A DNA stretch of 64,000 nt from Chrysomallon squamiferum (taxonomy: Eukaryota > Animalia > Mollusca). The stretch spans positions 14,756,001 to 14,820,000 of the forward strand of contig CM022675.1 of the NCBI GenBank assembly GCA_012295275.1, read 5' to 3'. Below, piece by piece: positions 35,533 to 49,072 of the stretch (positions are counted from its first letter, which is position 1; each line of letters begins with the position of its first letter). The position numbers were made by a program, and so were the translations under genes. A model generated the notes under the pieces. It was not told where the DNA came from and did no database searches. It was given only the letters and a program-made list of their open reading frames with translations.

Positions 35533-38500
35533 TTATCGAGCCTCAAACACATCTAGTTTGTTTCCTTTTCTAGACAGCCTCAACATGCCATCTTTCTTTT
35601 CACTGGGGTCAGCTTTTATGAAAGCAACTTCCACCCTGGAACCTTTTAAGTCAGCATTTAACCTAGAAACAAGATAAATGTTTGTTATAACTGTCAAAAA
35701 TAAACTAAACTGCAATTCAACTTAAATATCTGTAATAAAAAACTGTTAAATAAATTAAATAATTGTAAATTCTTACTGCTCAGTACAAACCAAGTAACTG
35801 TAAATGCTTACTGCTGTGATATCTGTACTTCTGGTGGTTTGTCCATGTGATTCTGGCAGCCAAGGAACGTCTTTGCAGCAAGTTCAATGACATGTGTGCA
35901 GTTGAATATGAAATCTCCTTTTTTGGCTAGAATATCTTTATATTCCTGTCAATCAAATTAAATATCAGTTTATTATTTACTCTTTTCTTTCAACCATTAT
36001 CTTCATAAAATTTGCTACCAAACAAAGTGAATTCAGTTTTACGTCTTATCCTGTATTTCTCTCATTAATAAATTTCCTTGATGTTTAGGTTATGCAAACA
36101 CATGCTGTAACCATGAGTATGTAGAGATGCTGAAGCTAGTCAGATGGACGACCATTTATATACTTGTAGTTGTTTTCCTACTCAGTGTTAACAGTAAATA
36201 TTTACATTATTTAGCTAAATACTTGTACTATGATTTATTTGTTTAATTTAAATAATTGTTGATGAATTAAACAATCTCATATTTCTGTCACTGTCTCCTT
36301 TTCAGTATCTCACCTTTGTCTGTCTGCCTCGTTACCTATCAGTCTACCCACCTCTCCACCTACCAACCTGTTTTCTATCTATTGTTTTGCCCATCAACTC
36401 ACCTATTTCTTACTTTCTACTTATTCTAAATAAACAAATATAAATAGGTACATCCATGAATATGTTCTTCAATCAAAATGTCACATATAAAGTTATATGT
36501 GATGTTCAGATAAAGGTCTCACTCACCCCACCCTTTGTTATGTGGAATATGATCAGCTTGTCACTGTATGGACTCAGAGATATTCGGTAGATCTGCTCCA
36601 GTGGGATTCGATACTTGATGAACATTGACCTGTGGTCAATTGCAAGAATCGACTCAGTGGTCAACACCAACAACAGCTGCACCATCTTGAGTAACAAAAT
36701 TATTTTGTAAATTTAAAAAGAAAAATTTTAATTAAAACAATATTTATTAAAAACAAAAGGTTATTTGATTATTATTGCAAGTAAAATCTGAGCTGTAAAA
36801 ACAAATTAAAAACCAAAATAAAATACATATAGGTTATTTGTTTGCTCTATCACTGAAAAACAAAATCCAGTTTTACTTTAATGTCCACTCTTTACCTTTC
36901 CATTAGCTCGGTTGACCTTCATCACAAGGTCAGCAAACACCACATCCTCATCCTCTGTGCCCCTGCTCATTTTCTGCCACTTCAGATTCTGGTGCAGATC
37001 TATGTAGTCTCCTTTGAAAGGGTGAGCAACACTGGCAAGTATAAATAGAATACAGTTTTAGCTAATCAGAAAGTCTGTAACAGACTGGTTGTTAGAAAAC
37101 AAGAAAGAGACAAAAGTAAAGAATTCAAAACCAGTCAAAACTATGTAAATTGTGTCAGAGGATAATAATAATATTAATAATAATAAATTTAAATGTTCAA
37201 AAGATAATTTATAAATTAATGAATTAAAAATTAACTGTTTCCATAACACCAGTAAGCTGAAAATATTGTTATTCTGGTTTTACATCTGCCTTTCTTCAAC
37301 AGTGTTGTGTGACATATTCTCTTTCTCCCTGATTACTCAGCTCAGAGTATTCTCTGTTTCACTGTCCAGCATTTATAAGAAAGAAATTCCAATAAGGTGC
37401 AACTCAGAGGAAAACAAGCTTTAAAAAGACAAAACACCTGTTTGGGTAGATTTCTTTTCTGTTCTTGAAAAGTTCGCTAGCTACAAGTTTCTCCTTCATC
37501 CTGTACTTGACAGCTGGGTTTGTATCAAATCGCTGGCGGTATTTCCTGCACTGAAATCATAAAATAAAAACAATCTTTCTAAATACTTGTTTACACATGA
37601 AAACACAATTACATAATTCTAGACAAACAGGTAGCAATTTTAATATCACTATATTAGTAAAGTTACTCATATGTAATACATTTATTTTTAAATATTTCTT
37701 TGTTATCAATGTTCTCTAACACCACTAGGTGAGTAATACGTATATTTTGACATGTATTAATTCTACTCACTCGCCATCTGTGATACATTTTTCTCAACTC
37801 ATCTGACGTCTTTCTGAAGCGATTTGAACATCGTGGCCAGTCACTGCACACAGGTGATAGGGAAGGCAAATTTTCTTTCAAATCTAACAAGAACTTCCTT
37901 TTCTGTAAAACAAATTACTTTTAATTTATTTTTACTTTTGTTTTATTACTGTTACTGTTTATTATGATTATTGTTATTGTTACAGCTGTTTCTATTGTAT
38001 TATTATTATTATTATTTTTTTTTTATATAAAAGACAAAATTTATTGCAGTGTTCCACATATAAAAAAGAAAAAAAACCCAAACACAACAGCACTGGGTAC
38101 TGTATAAAATAAAAACTAGGAAGGAACAATCCAGTGACAAGCAGACTGCCACAAAACTACAATCCCAAAACAAAAACAGTAAACAAATGTTTGTGTACTG
38201 GTTGTATAAGTACAGCACTCGACTTCATCAAACACAGGTCAAAGAATAGCAACCCACCATGCTTCTCTCAAGCTAAACATTTCCACTCTGTGTCCACTTA
38301 CCAATGCTGTCACAAAGAAACGGGCAATCTTCGGACCTGCCACCCTCCGGAATTTGTTGTGAAACTGCCTGCGAACCCTCCAGCCTGCAATGTACTTCTG
38401 TATCACTATAACAGCCCACTCGATTTTCTTCTGCTTTCTCATTACACGCACTCGTTTCCTTGCCTGCAAAATGTGAAATTATAACAGTCATTATTCTCAT

Positions 38501-38860
38501 CACTGTTCTTAGTGTTGTTGTTGTCACTACTGACTTCAACATTGTTCAGTTTTTTTCTGCTATTTTTGTTTTCAAATACATGACAAACTTTTTAATATCC
38601 ACTTTATTTTAAATGTAACCACTGAAAAGTAATTTTATAAAGAACAATGGATCAATCTGACTATACATTAGAAGGACACACACAGATACACTTTCTCTAA
38701 AACAAGCCCAGACAGTTAAGACTAAATAAATGAATTGTACCTGCCAACCAAGAAATGTTTTGTGAATTATTCCAACTGCCCATGTCACCTCAGCCTGTCG
38801 TTTCAGACGCATCAGCAACTGATGAGCCTGAAAAAAACAAATAAAAAACATAATCAAACA

Positions 38861-38907
<47 letters not shown>

Positions 38908-41900
38908 CATAGACACACACACACAATGTTCAAGGTTTATGTATAACAGAGAGGTGAAATCTTCCAGAGAAACAAATGAATATATATATTTTTTAATTTA
39001 TGCTAAAAATGTATTTAAATTTATTTAAAATTTTAAAACTGTAGATCAAAAGAAATATATATATTCAGTTTACAAATTTTGTTAAATTAATAAAAAAGTT
39101 TACAAATATTTTAAAATTAAAACAGTTATTTAAAATTAAAGTAAAACAAACAAATAAATAAAATTTATGAAAAGAAGAAAGAAAAGACAAAAATTAATAT
39201 TAAGAAAGTAATCTAAACATGTGAAAGCTATTCAAGTCAGTGGGAATGAATGAAGTGGCTTTAGCAGAGATTATTTAAAGTTATCATAATTCTTTTTAAA
39301 TTCCAAAGGTACAAACCAGAAATCCACGAATATAAGACTGGATTAAAATGGTGCAGTTTCTCCTGTGAATGAATTTTTTTCGAGCCTGTGGAAAAAAAGA
39401 ATTAAAATAAAATGTCATTAGTGGATGGAATTAAAATTTAGATGAAATAAAAAAAAAACTGATAACTTCAAGACAGTAATAACATATCAAGGTTTATCTG
39501 TGATGTCAGATACATTGTGTATATTTCTTATAGGTTGTTTTATTTGTCAGTGTTCCCCACACAGATTCTAATTTAAATGTGATCTGTTAAGAACAAATTT
39601 TTCTCAACCTGCTAATGTTGATGGTAATTACAAAAACTAAGTAAATTATTTAATAAAATTTGATTTGTTTCATGTTATTGAATATGACCATGTTGATCTA
39701 CAGCTATTGAGGGAGGGTGTTTAGGGTAAATGATAATGATGATGATGATGATGATAATAATTGTAATAATGGTAATAGTAATAATAATACTAGTAATAGT
39801 AATTAATAGTAATAATAATAGTAGTAGTGATAAGAATAACGATAATAATAAAAACAGTAATAGTAATAATAATAATAATAATAATAGTAGTAGAAGTAAT
39901 AATAGTAATAATAGCAATAATAGTAAAAATAGGAACAGTAATAGTAAAAACAGTAATAGTACCTGGTAGGCTCTGACTTGAGCAGAAATGATGATCTGAC
40001 ATGATCGTATTTTCTGGTACGCCCTCCACTCTCGCCAGCCCCGCCACACCTTCTGAACGAGGGTGGCCAGGTCATGCATCTTGTCCCTCCGCCTCTCCTC
40101 CATGTCAAACAGCTGACAGTGACAACAATCAGACAGAATTAGTCACTGAATATTTCATTAATGACAAGTATTGTGAACATTATTACTTTTAAACTGTGAG
40201 ACAGGTGGTTTGTTTTTGCAGTGGTATCTCACACAGAACAGCTGCTGCAGAATGTTCAGCTAACAGCAATTAGTGGGAACAGAATTAACTTTTTACTTTC
40301 TTTAAATGTTATAATCTAATGTTATAGAATGTAGATATTTGCCATAAGCACAAATGGGTACAAATGTACTGAAAACAAACTGACAGATGTAAGAATGAAA
40401 TGATGTAATTAAAGAAGTACACATGCTTCTATGTATACAGGCACACACACACACAAACACACACACACACACACACACACAAGACACACACACAAAAAGA
40501 CACACACACACACACACACACACTCTCAACTCTAAAATACCACTAAAAAGAAAACAGATTATCCTCTAAGTTCATACCAGTTTTGGATTCTTGATAAAGA
40601 TTTTTGTTTTGCCAAATGCATATTCTCCAGCTGGAAAATTCTGTGCTTGCAGTATCAACTGGACACCCTGCTGTGGCTCATCTCTCCACACAGGCCACGT
40701 CAGGGGCGTCAACATCTTGTAGCGAGGTAGAAACACTTCATACGCTTGTCGAAAAGCATAGCCAGCACGCCTCACCCACACGTTCTCCAGCAGACTGCAC
40801 CAGACACAAACACACTTTATTATATAGCTTCTTTACAAACATTACAACATGTAGCCATTTAATATATCTATGTCTACATACATAAAATAAAAAAAATTAA
40901 AATAAATACATAGATGAATAAATAATAATAATAATAATAATAATTTCAGTATTAGCAGTAATATTAATAACAGTAATGATAATGTCTATTAAATTATAAA
41001 GTTTTAAACTCACCCTAAATATCGGACTTGATGTGTTACTATGGTAACATCAAGTGAATCGGGTTTTTTGTCATCATTTGGCTTTAAAAATAAATAAATA
41101 AATGAATACATTAACAATAATAATAAATAAATGTTTATCAGTAATAGTATTCCAAAAATGTTAACTAAAATAGGACTATTATAATAACTGAAAAATTGTT
41201 TAACATACTTTCATCACTGAATTGTTCAACATGAAATCCATGGATATACTCTCTGACTGTGCCAGAGATTAGGAAGTTATTATCATGTTGTATGAACCAT
41301 CAATAAAAGAAACCATAAAACTGGAATCAGAATACCCCATCCACTAATCTACATTTTGTGAATAAAATTAACCAATTGGAGAACTAGAATTATTTAGTGC
41401 ATAATTTACCTTAATACATCGAATATAATTGGGATTCTTTGAGAGCAAATTTCTCATCAGCTCTGTGACAGAAACCTGAAAAATGAAGAAATAAAAATTG
41501 TTTTTAAGAGTGCAAAAACAATATCTGAAACATATTTGTATAAAAGCTGTAAAACCTCTAAAGATGTATTTGTTTTATTCAGGTTTGTACAGTGTGAAGA
41601 CTGACATTCATGTTAGCAGGTTTGTACAGTGTGAAATCTGACATTCATGTTAGCAGGTTTGTACAGTGTGTCATTCATGTCAGCAGGTTTGTACAGTGTG
41701 TCATTCATGTTAGCAGGTTTGTACAGTGTGAAGACTGACATTCATGTTAGCAGGTTTGTACAGTGTGAAGTCTGACATTCATGTTAGCAGGTTTGTACAG
41801 TGTGTCATTCATGTCAGCAGGTTTGTACAGTGTGTCATTCATGTTAGCAGGTTTGTACAGTGTGAAGACTGACATTCATGTTAGCAGGTTTGTACAGTGT

Positions 41901-43452
41901 GAAGACTGACATTCATGTTAGCAGGTTTGTACAGTGTGAAGTCTGACATTCATGTTAGCAGGTTTGTACAGTGTGTCATTCATGTTAGCAGGTTTGTACA
42001 GTGTGACATTCATGTTAGCAGGTTTGTACAGTGTGTCATTCATGTTAGCAGGTTTGTACAGTGTGAAGACTGACATTCATGTTAGCAGGTTTCTGTACCT
42101 TGAACTGAGAGCCTGCCGTGGCCGGGCGTTTTAGTGACTTCTCACATGGATTACCTGAAAATAAGTAAATAAATAAATAAATAAATAAATAATATACACA
42201 TGCAGTAAAACAAATATGGCATGTTTCAAGGGCTCTGTATGTGTGTGTTTTGTGTGTGTGTTTATTTTTATGCATAAGAATGTGATTTTGTAGGCATGCA
42301 AATATGTCCTTATGTATTTATATGTATGTAGTATTATGATTATAATTATGATTCCAGAATCTTCAACAGATGTACAAAAATTGTGGATGTTATATAAAAT
42401 AACATAATTGTGCCTTAACTTACTCTTAACTTGAAACGCTTATGGTAAATACTTCTATGAACTGCTAGAACACATACTGTGTGCATGCATGTGCGTGTTA
42501 TGTATCTAAGTAGTTCAGTATGTATTTATTTATATTTAGATGTTCAATTTCTCACCTTCAGGGAAGAGTGTTTTCAGTAGTGGATGGACACAGTTGTACA
42601 TGGCCTGTGATAAACCACGGAACAGCAGATCATTGTTCTTGTCTATGAACCCCTCCACCTTGTACAGCACCTGAACACAGAAAAACAACATTAATTATTT
42701 TAATCAGTTATTTTATTTAACCGAATAAACAATGTTATACCAGTGTGCTAAAGATGAGCCTTGTAATTGAGCGCTTAGAAACAGTATACACATTACAGTT
42801 ATACTTTATACAGCAATACATGTTTTACAGTTTATAGAATTTAAAAACAAAACAAAAAGTTCTAATAATGAACAACCAAGTCAAAATATGTTATACAAAA
42901 TTTTGTTATTTTACATTTGTAATATGAAGTTTTGTTTATTTTCTCAAACATTTTCAGTTATCACAAATAAGTAATTCTAAACAAGTGAATTCATTAAAAA
43001 ATATTTAATACATATATTTATATTTGTGTTGTCTTTATGCAGAAGTATGTCTGCAAGTCAGTGTGTCTGTCAGCACAGAGAGGTTACTCACACTTCCAGC
43101 GTAGTGTTTCAGGCGAAATGCGTCATGGGGCAGGGTTTTGTCTGACTGTGTTTTCTTGCAGGTGCGACTCTCATAGTGGGGGTGGTCACCACAGTGCTTG
43201 TCTAACTTCTCGAGAAATGTGAAATCCGTCACTTCGCCCGGCCTCAGGCACTCTTCATCAAGCAGAGCCAGAATTCCTGTGTTGTTCTGTTTGAGAAAAA
43301 ATATTATTAACAAAATATATACATACATACATACACACATATCTCTGCAGGTGATTATATGTGAACTGTATTTTAGTTTTTATTGTATGAATTATGACAA
43401 TCACTTAAAGTATAGATGTGATGTGAATGGTGTCTGTCTATGAGGTGTCTCT

Positions 43453-43497
<45 letters not shown>

Positions 43498-46400
43498 GGT
43501 CTGGCTGTCAGGAATTATTTTAATGTCTTTTAGATAAATGCCTCTGTGAGCTTGAAAATTACCAGTGTCTTTGTATAACTCCTTAGTGGATGAATATGTG
43601 TGTTATTTACCTTCTCTATCAAATCACAGATGACAGCATTGTTGAAATACTCCACATGAATCCACTCAATTCCCTGAACAAAACAAAAATAAATATACAA
43701 GTAAACAAGAAAACAAACAATAATTCAGTGAAGCAACATAAATCATATATGCCAGATAACATGGCTTTTCTTTCTGTAAACATAATTTAAGAATTCAAAC
43801 AGTGACAAACTTTGACAGACCATGGTTAAATGTGGAAGCTATTATTCCTGAGTGATTTTACAGTAGTATTACTCTGTATAAAAACAATGAAGGGGAAGAT
43901 AAGTTTTATTTAATGATATACTTAATAAAAAACAATTTTCTTAGCAGGAAATAATCTTGTATTAGCACCAACCCACAGACATGAAATACCATACCACAGC
44001 CTTTGATAACAGTTTAAAGTCTTGGACAGTTCAACTGATATTACTACTCACCAGTTATTCTTTATAATAATCTAATTTCATACCTCTCTTTTTTCTCATG
44101 ATTCTCTATACTGCTATTTTTGATTTGTTCTGTGATTTTACCTCCTTAACGTACTCCTCTTGCTCCTCCTTCAGGGTGAGCTCAATAAAAATCTGCTGCA
44201 GTTTTTCATTGCAGTAGTTGATAATGAATTGTTCAAAGCTGTTTTTCTGAATATAAACAAATGCAAGTTTAATTTCTAAAAGACTGTGTGTAATCTAAAT
44301 ATTTAAATTTGCTAATTATAAAAAAAACATTGATTACATACAAACATACATACATACAAATATTAATATGAAACATGCAAATTCTACAGGCTGGATAACA
44401 CTGGTGTTTCATTTCTAGTTAAACATTTCATTGTTTAGGAGTTTCTCTACAAGTAGCCTAACTAACATTTACAGCATAGGCTGATTAAGTCAGAAGATAA
44501 ATAAAATTTTGGCTAATCATATTTTTCAACAATTTAATTCCCAAAGTCACTTTTTCTCATTCTTTTACTTATTCTAAAATAATAACAGATTACAGATGAC
44601 ACAAAAAAAAAAAAAAAATAAATAAAGAAATACACCAGCAATTATTTCAAAATATCAAAATATGAGTAAATACCACAAATATAATAATACACATGTATAG
44701 ATAAATAAGTTAAATAATTTATTACGGGTTATATAATAGAGATTCATGTAATATATACAGTATAAATAATATACAAGCAGTTGATGTTAAATACCACAGC
44801 TGTAGATACATCATGTAGAATTAAGTGTAATAAATACAGTATGGCTGATGTTCTTTTTTTATCTGTGCAGCAGTTCACATCTAAGTGATAACACTTAACA
44901 CAAGTGTCTGACTGCAGATTTAATATCAAAGTTGCAGGTGTAAAATTACAGGTAAAAATGAGACAGGTACAGGTAATACTACTCACCTCAAAGACTTCGA
45001 AGCCATATATATCCAGAACACCCATAACCTTTGGGCTGCTTGTCACATTGATCTGAAACAATATTAACAGTTGTACAAGAAATAGATTTATTTAACAAAA
45101 TCCTGTAGTATTTCTTTTTTTATATATAATGTATCTTTATACTCTAGTATATCCTGTATCATTTTGTTACACACTATGTTAATATTAGATTTGCATACTA
45201 CTGCAAAATAATGCAATTATACATGTCTGTATTTGTTTTGTTTATATATACATGCACACACATACATAATAACATAGTACAGTGTAACAGGATAGTCTTG
45301 TGTAACTCGTTGTATTATACACAGGGTCATTATACACCACTGCAGTTTCACCTTGATGCTGTCATTGATTCGGCTGACAATCCATGAAAACATTCGACTG
45401 TAAATGGCTTTGCACAGAGCATCTCGGGCATAGTAGGCCTAAATAAATAAATATTCATATTAAAATAATACTAGATGTAAATAAATCAAACACATTCAGT
45501 GATTCATGCATCCTTTCTTACACACACAACAATATTAAGTACATTGTCAAATACTGCTACATATCATATACGTCTTTTTACCCTGAACATGCATCAACAC
45601 ATCCACACACTCTCATTCATAACATTTTATACATAGATAAAACATACATCCCTTCATATTTAAAAAAACCATAAAACACGTCTGATTATCAATTTATTCC
45701 AGTGAATATACATGAAGCACACACATATGTATGAATGAAGTTGTATTTATAAATAGATATATGGCTGGGTGGACAGATTAATGTATGGATGGATTTCTGG
45801 ATGACTGTACATATGTACTGCAATAAATGTGGATGGACTATATGTTTACTGGAATAAATGGAAAACAAATTTCTTTATATATATTTCTGTAGAAACAAAG
45901 CAGCCATACAGTTGAATAATAATACTACTAGACTGACCTCTGCTGAGCTGAGGTCAGTGGTGACCGTGTCATCTCTGACCACCACACTTCTCTTGGTCAG
46001 AGCCACTTCGAGATCCTCCATGACACAACACAGAAGTTCACTGACATCTGTGAGTGCTGAAACACAAGTTGTTTACATACAATAACAAACAGCATTTCTA
46101 TGTGTTGTTTTCAGTGCCTTTTCCTCTACAGTGTGTAGTGTGTCCTGTATGTGTCTATTACTGTTGCCTGTTTGTGTGGGGTGTATGTCATCATTTTGTG
46201 TCTAGTATGGTGGGTATGTCTGTATACAACAACAGGATCTTATCAATAGCATTATCTTTTGCTTAGTGTGATTTATACATGTGTACATCAAATAAGATAA
46301 CTTCTGCTGTAACAGAACATTTGGTGACACAACTGAAAATGGATATTTTATAAAACTACAGATGTTACAATTGCACTAACAAATAACTGAAAAGGGATAA

Positions 46401-49024
46401 CCTGTGTGAAATTGTCAACATTTTGTAAAATATGCAATTCATGCACAGTGATAGTTTATTATCATTAAAATATTATTATCATTTGTGAATGAAATACAAA
46501 ATAAAACTGTAACTTATATGTTACAGTTCTCAAAATACTGCCATTACAAAAAGATAAAGTTTAACATGAAAAGCAACATAGTAAGGTGTGAGAAGCACTG
46601 AAATGATCAAGTAACATGTGGTAAAAGAGTAACTTGTGTGAAACATTACCACTGTGGTCTCCCACCACACACCCATCAGTGCCATCCTCGTTCGTTTTGG
46701 CCAGAAACTGGACATTGCCCAGTTTGAGAATGCTGGCCACTAGCTGAAAGATGGAATCTATTTCCATTTCTGTGAAGCCTATCACATTCATGCCATTCTG
46801 TGAGAGAGTGAAATAAAACATAATAAATAACAACACACAAAAAAAATAGTAGATATAGAAAAATATGCACATTATAATATTTAAGAAAAAGAAGAAGAAA
46901 ATAGGAGAAACGTGAAGTAAAAATGTGACAGTTTTGTGAAAATCAGTGAGTAAACTAACAGTGATTACTTTGAATTATTTGTTAAAAACTGTAAGTATTG
47001 AAAAACAATAAAGAATATTTCATTTCTTTGTTTCTCTCTCCTCTAGCCCCCCTCTCTCTTTCTCTCTCTCCTGATCCACATTCATTCGTTCTCTCTTTTC
47101 CTGTCCCATGTCCCCTTCACAATTATAAAAATATTTTATACTCTGATTTTCTCAAAGTCTCCTTTGTCATCAATGGATTCAACCTGAATACAGTTCTTTC
47201 TCAGATACTGGTAACATTCTGGGTTAGAATCCAGCTTCAGTGATTCTGAAATAAATAAATAAATAAATAATAATGATTATGATGATGATGATGATTAATA
47301 TGAAAACAATGCACACACAAACACACACAAATGCACACACACACACACAAGCCACTACACACCACGATTAATTTGTATATGTACAAAAACACAAACCATA
47401 CAGATTATATCAGGCATATTTTACACAGACACAGTCACAAACACACTTCTAAACTTTACACACAGGAGATGTAATTATAATAACATTCTAGATTTTTAAA
47501 TATGGCTTCCTGTGCTGACTTCTTACCAAGCATTGTGTTATCTGCACCACTCAGCAGCTGGTAAAAAATGTGGAAATTTCTTTCACCTTTGCTTCTAGTT
47601 GCCACTCGGGACTGAAAAACATTGAATTGTCATTTAATTTTATAGTAAATTACTACTACTACTACCACTGTTATTGCTGTTACTGCTGCTACTGCTGCTA
47701 CTGCTACTACTACTACTACTGCTACTACTGCTACTACTGCTACTACTGCTACTACTGCTACTACTACTACTACTGCTACTACTGCTACTACTGCTACTAC
47801 TACTACTACTACTACTACTACTGCTACTACTGCTACTACTGCTACTACTACTACTACGTTTATTACTACTCCTACGTGTATTGTTGTTGTGCTGTTATTA
47901 TACAGGTTCTTGTTATTACTACTACTACTACCAGTTATTGCTGCTACTGCTACTACTGCTACTACTGCTACTACTACTACTACGTTTATTACTACTCCTA
48001 CGTGTATTGTTGTTGTGCTGTTATTATACAGGTTCTTGTTATTACTACTACTACTACCACTGTTATTGCTGCTACTACTACTACTGCTACTACTACTACT
48101 ACTGCTACTACTACTACTACTACTACTACTGCTACTACTGCTACTACTACTACTACTACTACTACTACGTTTATTACTACTCCTACGTGTATTGTTGTTG
48201 TGCTGTTATTATACAGGTTCTTGTTATTACTACTACTACTACCACTGTTATTGCAGCTACTGCTACTACTGCTACTACTGCTACTACTGCTACTGCTACT
48301 ACTACTACGTTTATTACTACTCCTACGTGTATTGTTGTTGTGCTGTTATTATACAGGTTCTTGTTATTACTATTACTACTACCACTACTACTAGTTCTAC
48401 TATTATTACAACTACTAATATTACTACTACTACTGCTACTGCTATTATTATTATTACTGCTGTTATTGTTGTTGTTGGTGGTAATTTTATAATTTAGTAA
48501 AATAGAAAAATAAAGCCAGCACTTGAATCATGATTTTTACCAACATTTTATTTAAATTAGGATTTTTATTTCTTTTAATTACATAGTAATTCATCATGGT
48601 CTTCAGAATAAACAAGAATGTCCATTGTTTTAAATGAGCTAACTATAAATTCCTAGGTAAAAATCAATTTCTTTAAGTAAAAATAATTATCCCTGACAAG
48701 TGAAAGGTGTAAGTATGATAGTAAAATGATTTACCTTTTCTAGCAGATCTGTTCAGAACATGGAGAGGAAAAAAAAAAAAAAAAAAACAATTGTAAATGT
48801 TCATAATAATTATCTGAATATATAAAAATATAGCATTATAAATATCTGAGATTAAAGAATAGAAAAGAAAAAGAAATGTAAGAAAGATGAATGAAAGTAA
48901 ATATTGGAAAGAACAAAAAAAACAACAAAAATATTCTTATTCAACTCAGATTTACTCTTGTACAGTTTTCTACCAAGTGAAAACTAAGATAGAAAAATTA
49001 CACCATACAGCAAACACAGAGCAG

Positions 49025-49072
<48 letters not shown>

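Noticed and set aside
41026-41055. Imperfect palindrome / X-box-like motif (ACTTGATGTGTTACTATGGTAACATCAAGT) inside a myosin exon
   Set aside because: Short and AT-rich within coding sequence; chance cannot be excluded.
47570-48497. Long ORFs of 202-274 aa (poly-L/Y/T/C)
   Set aside because: Translations of the CTA/CTG microsatellite, antisense within a myosin intron.
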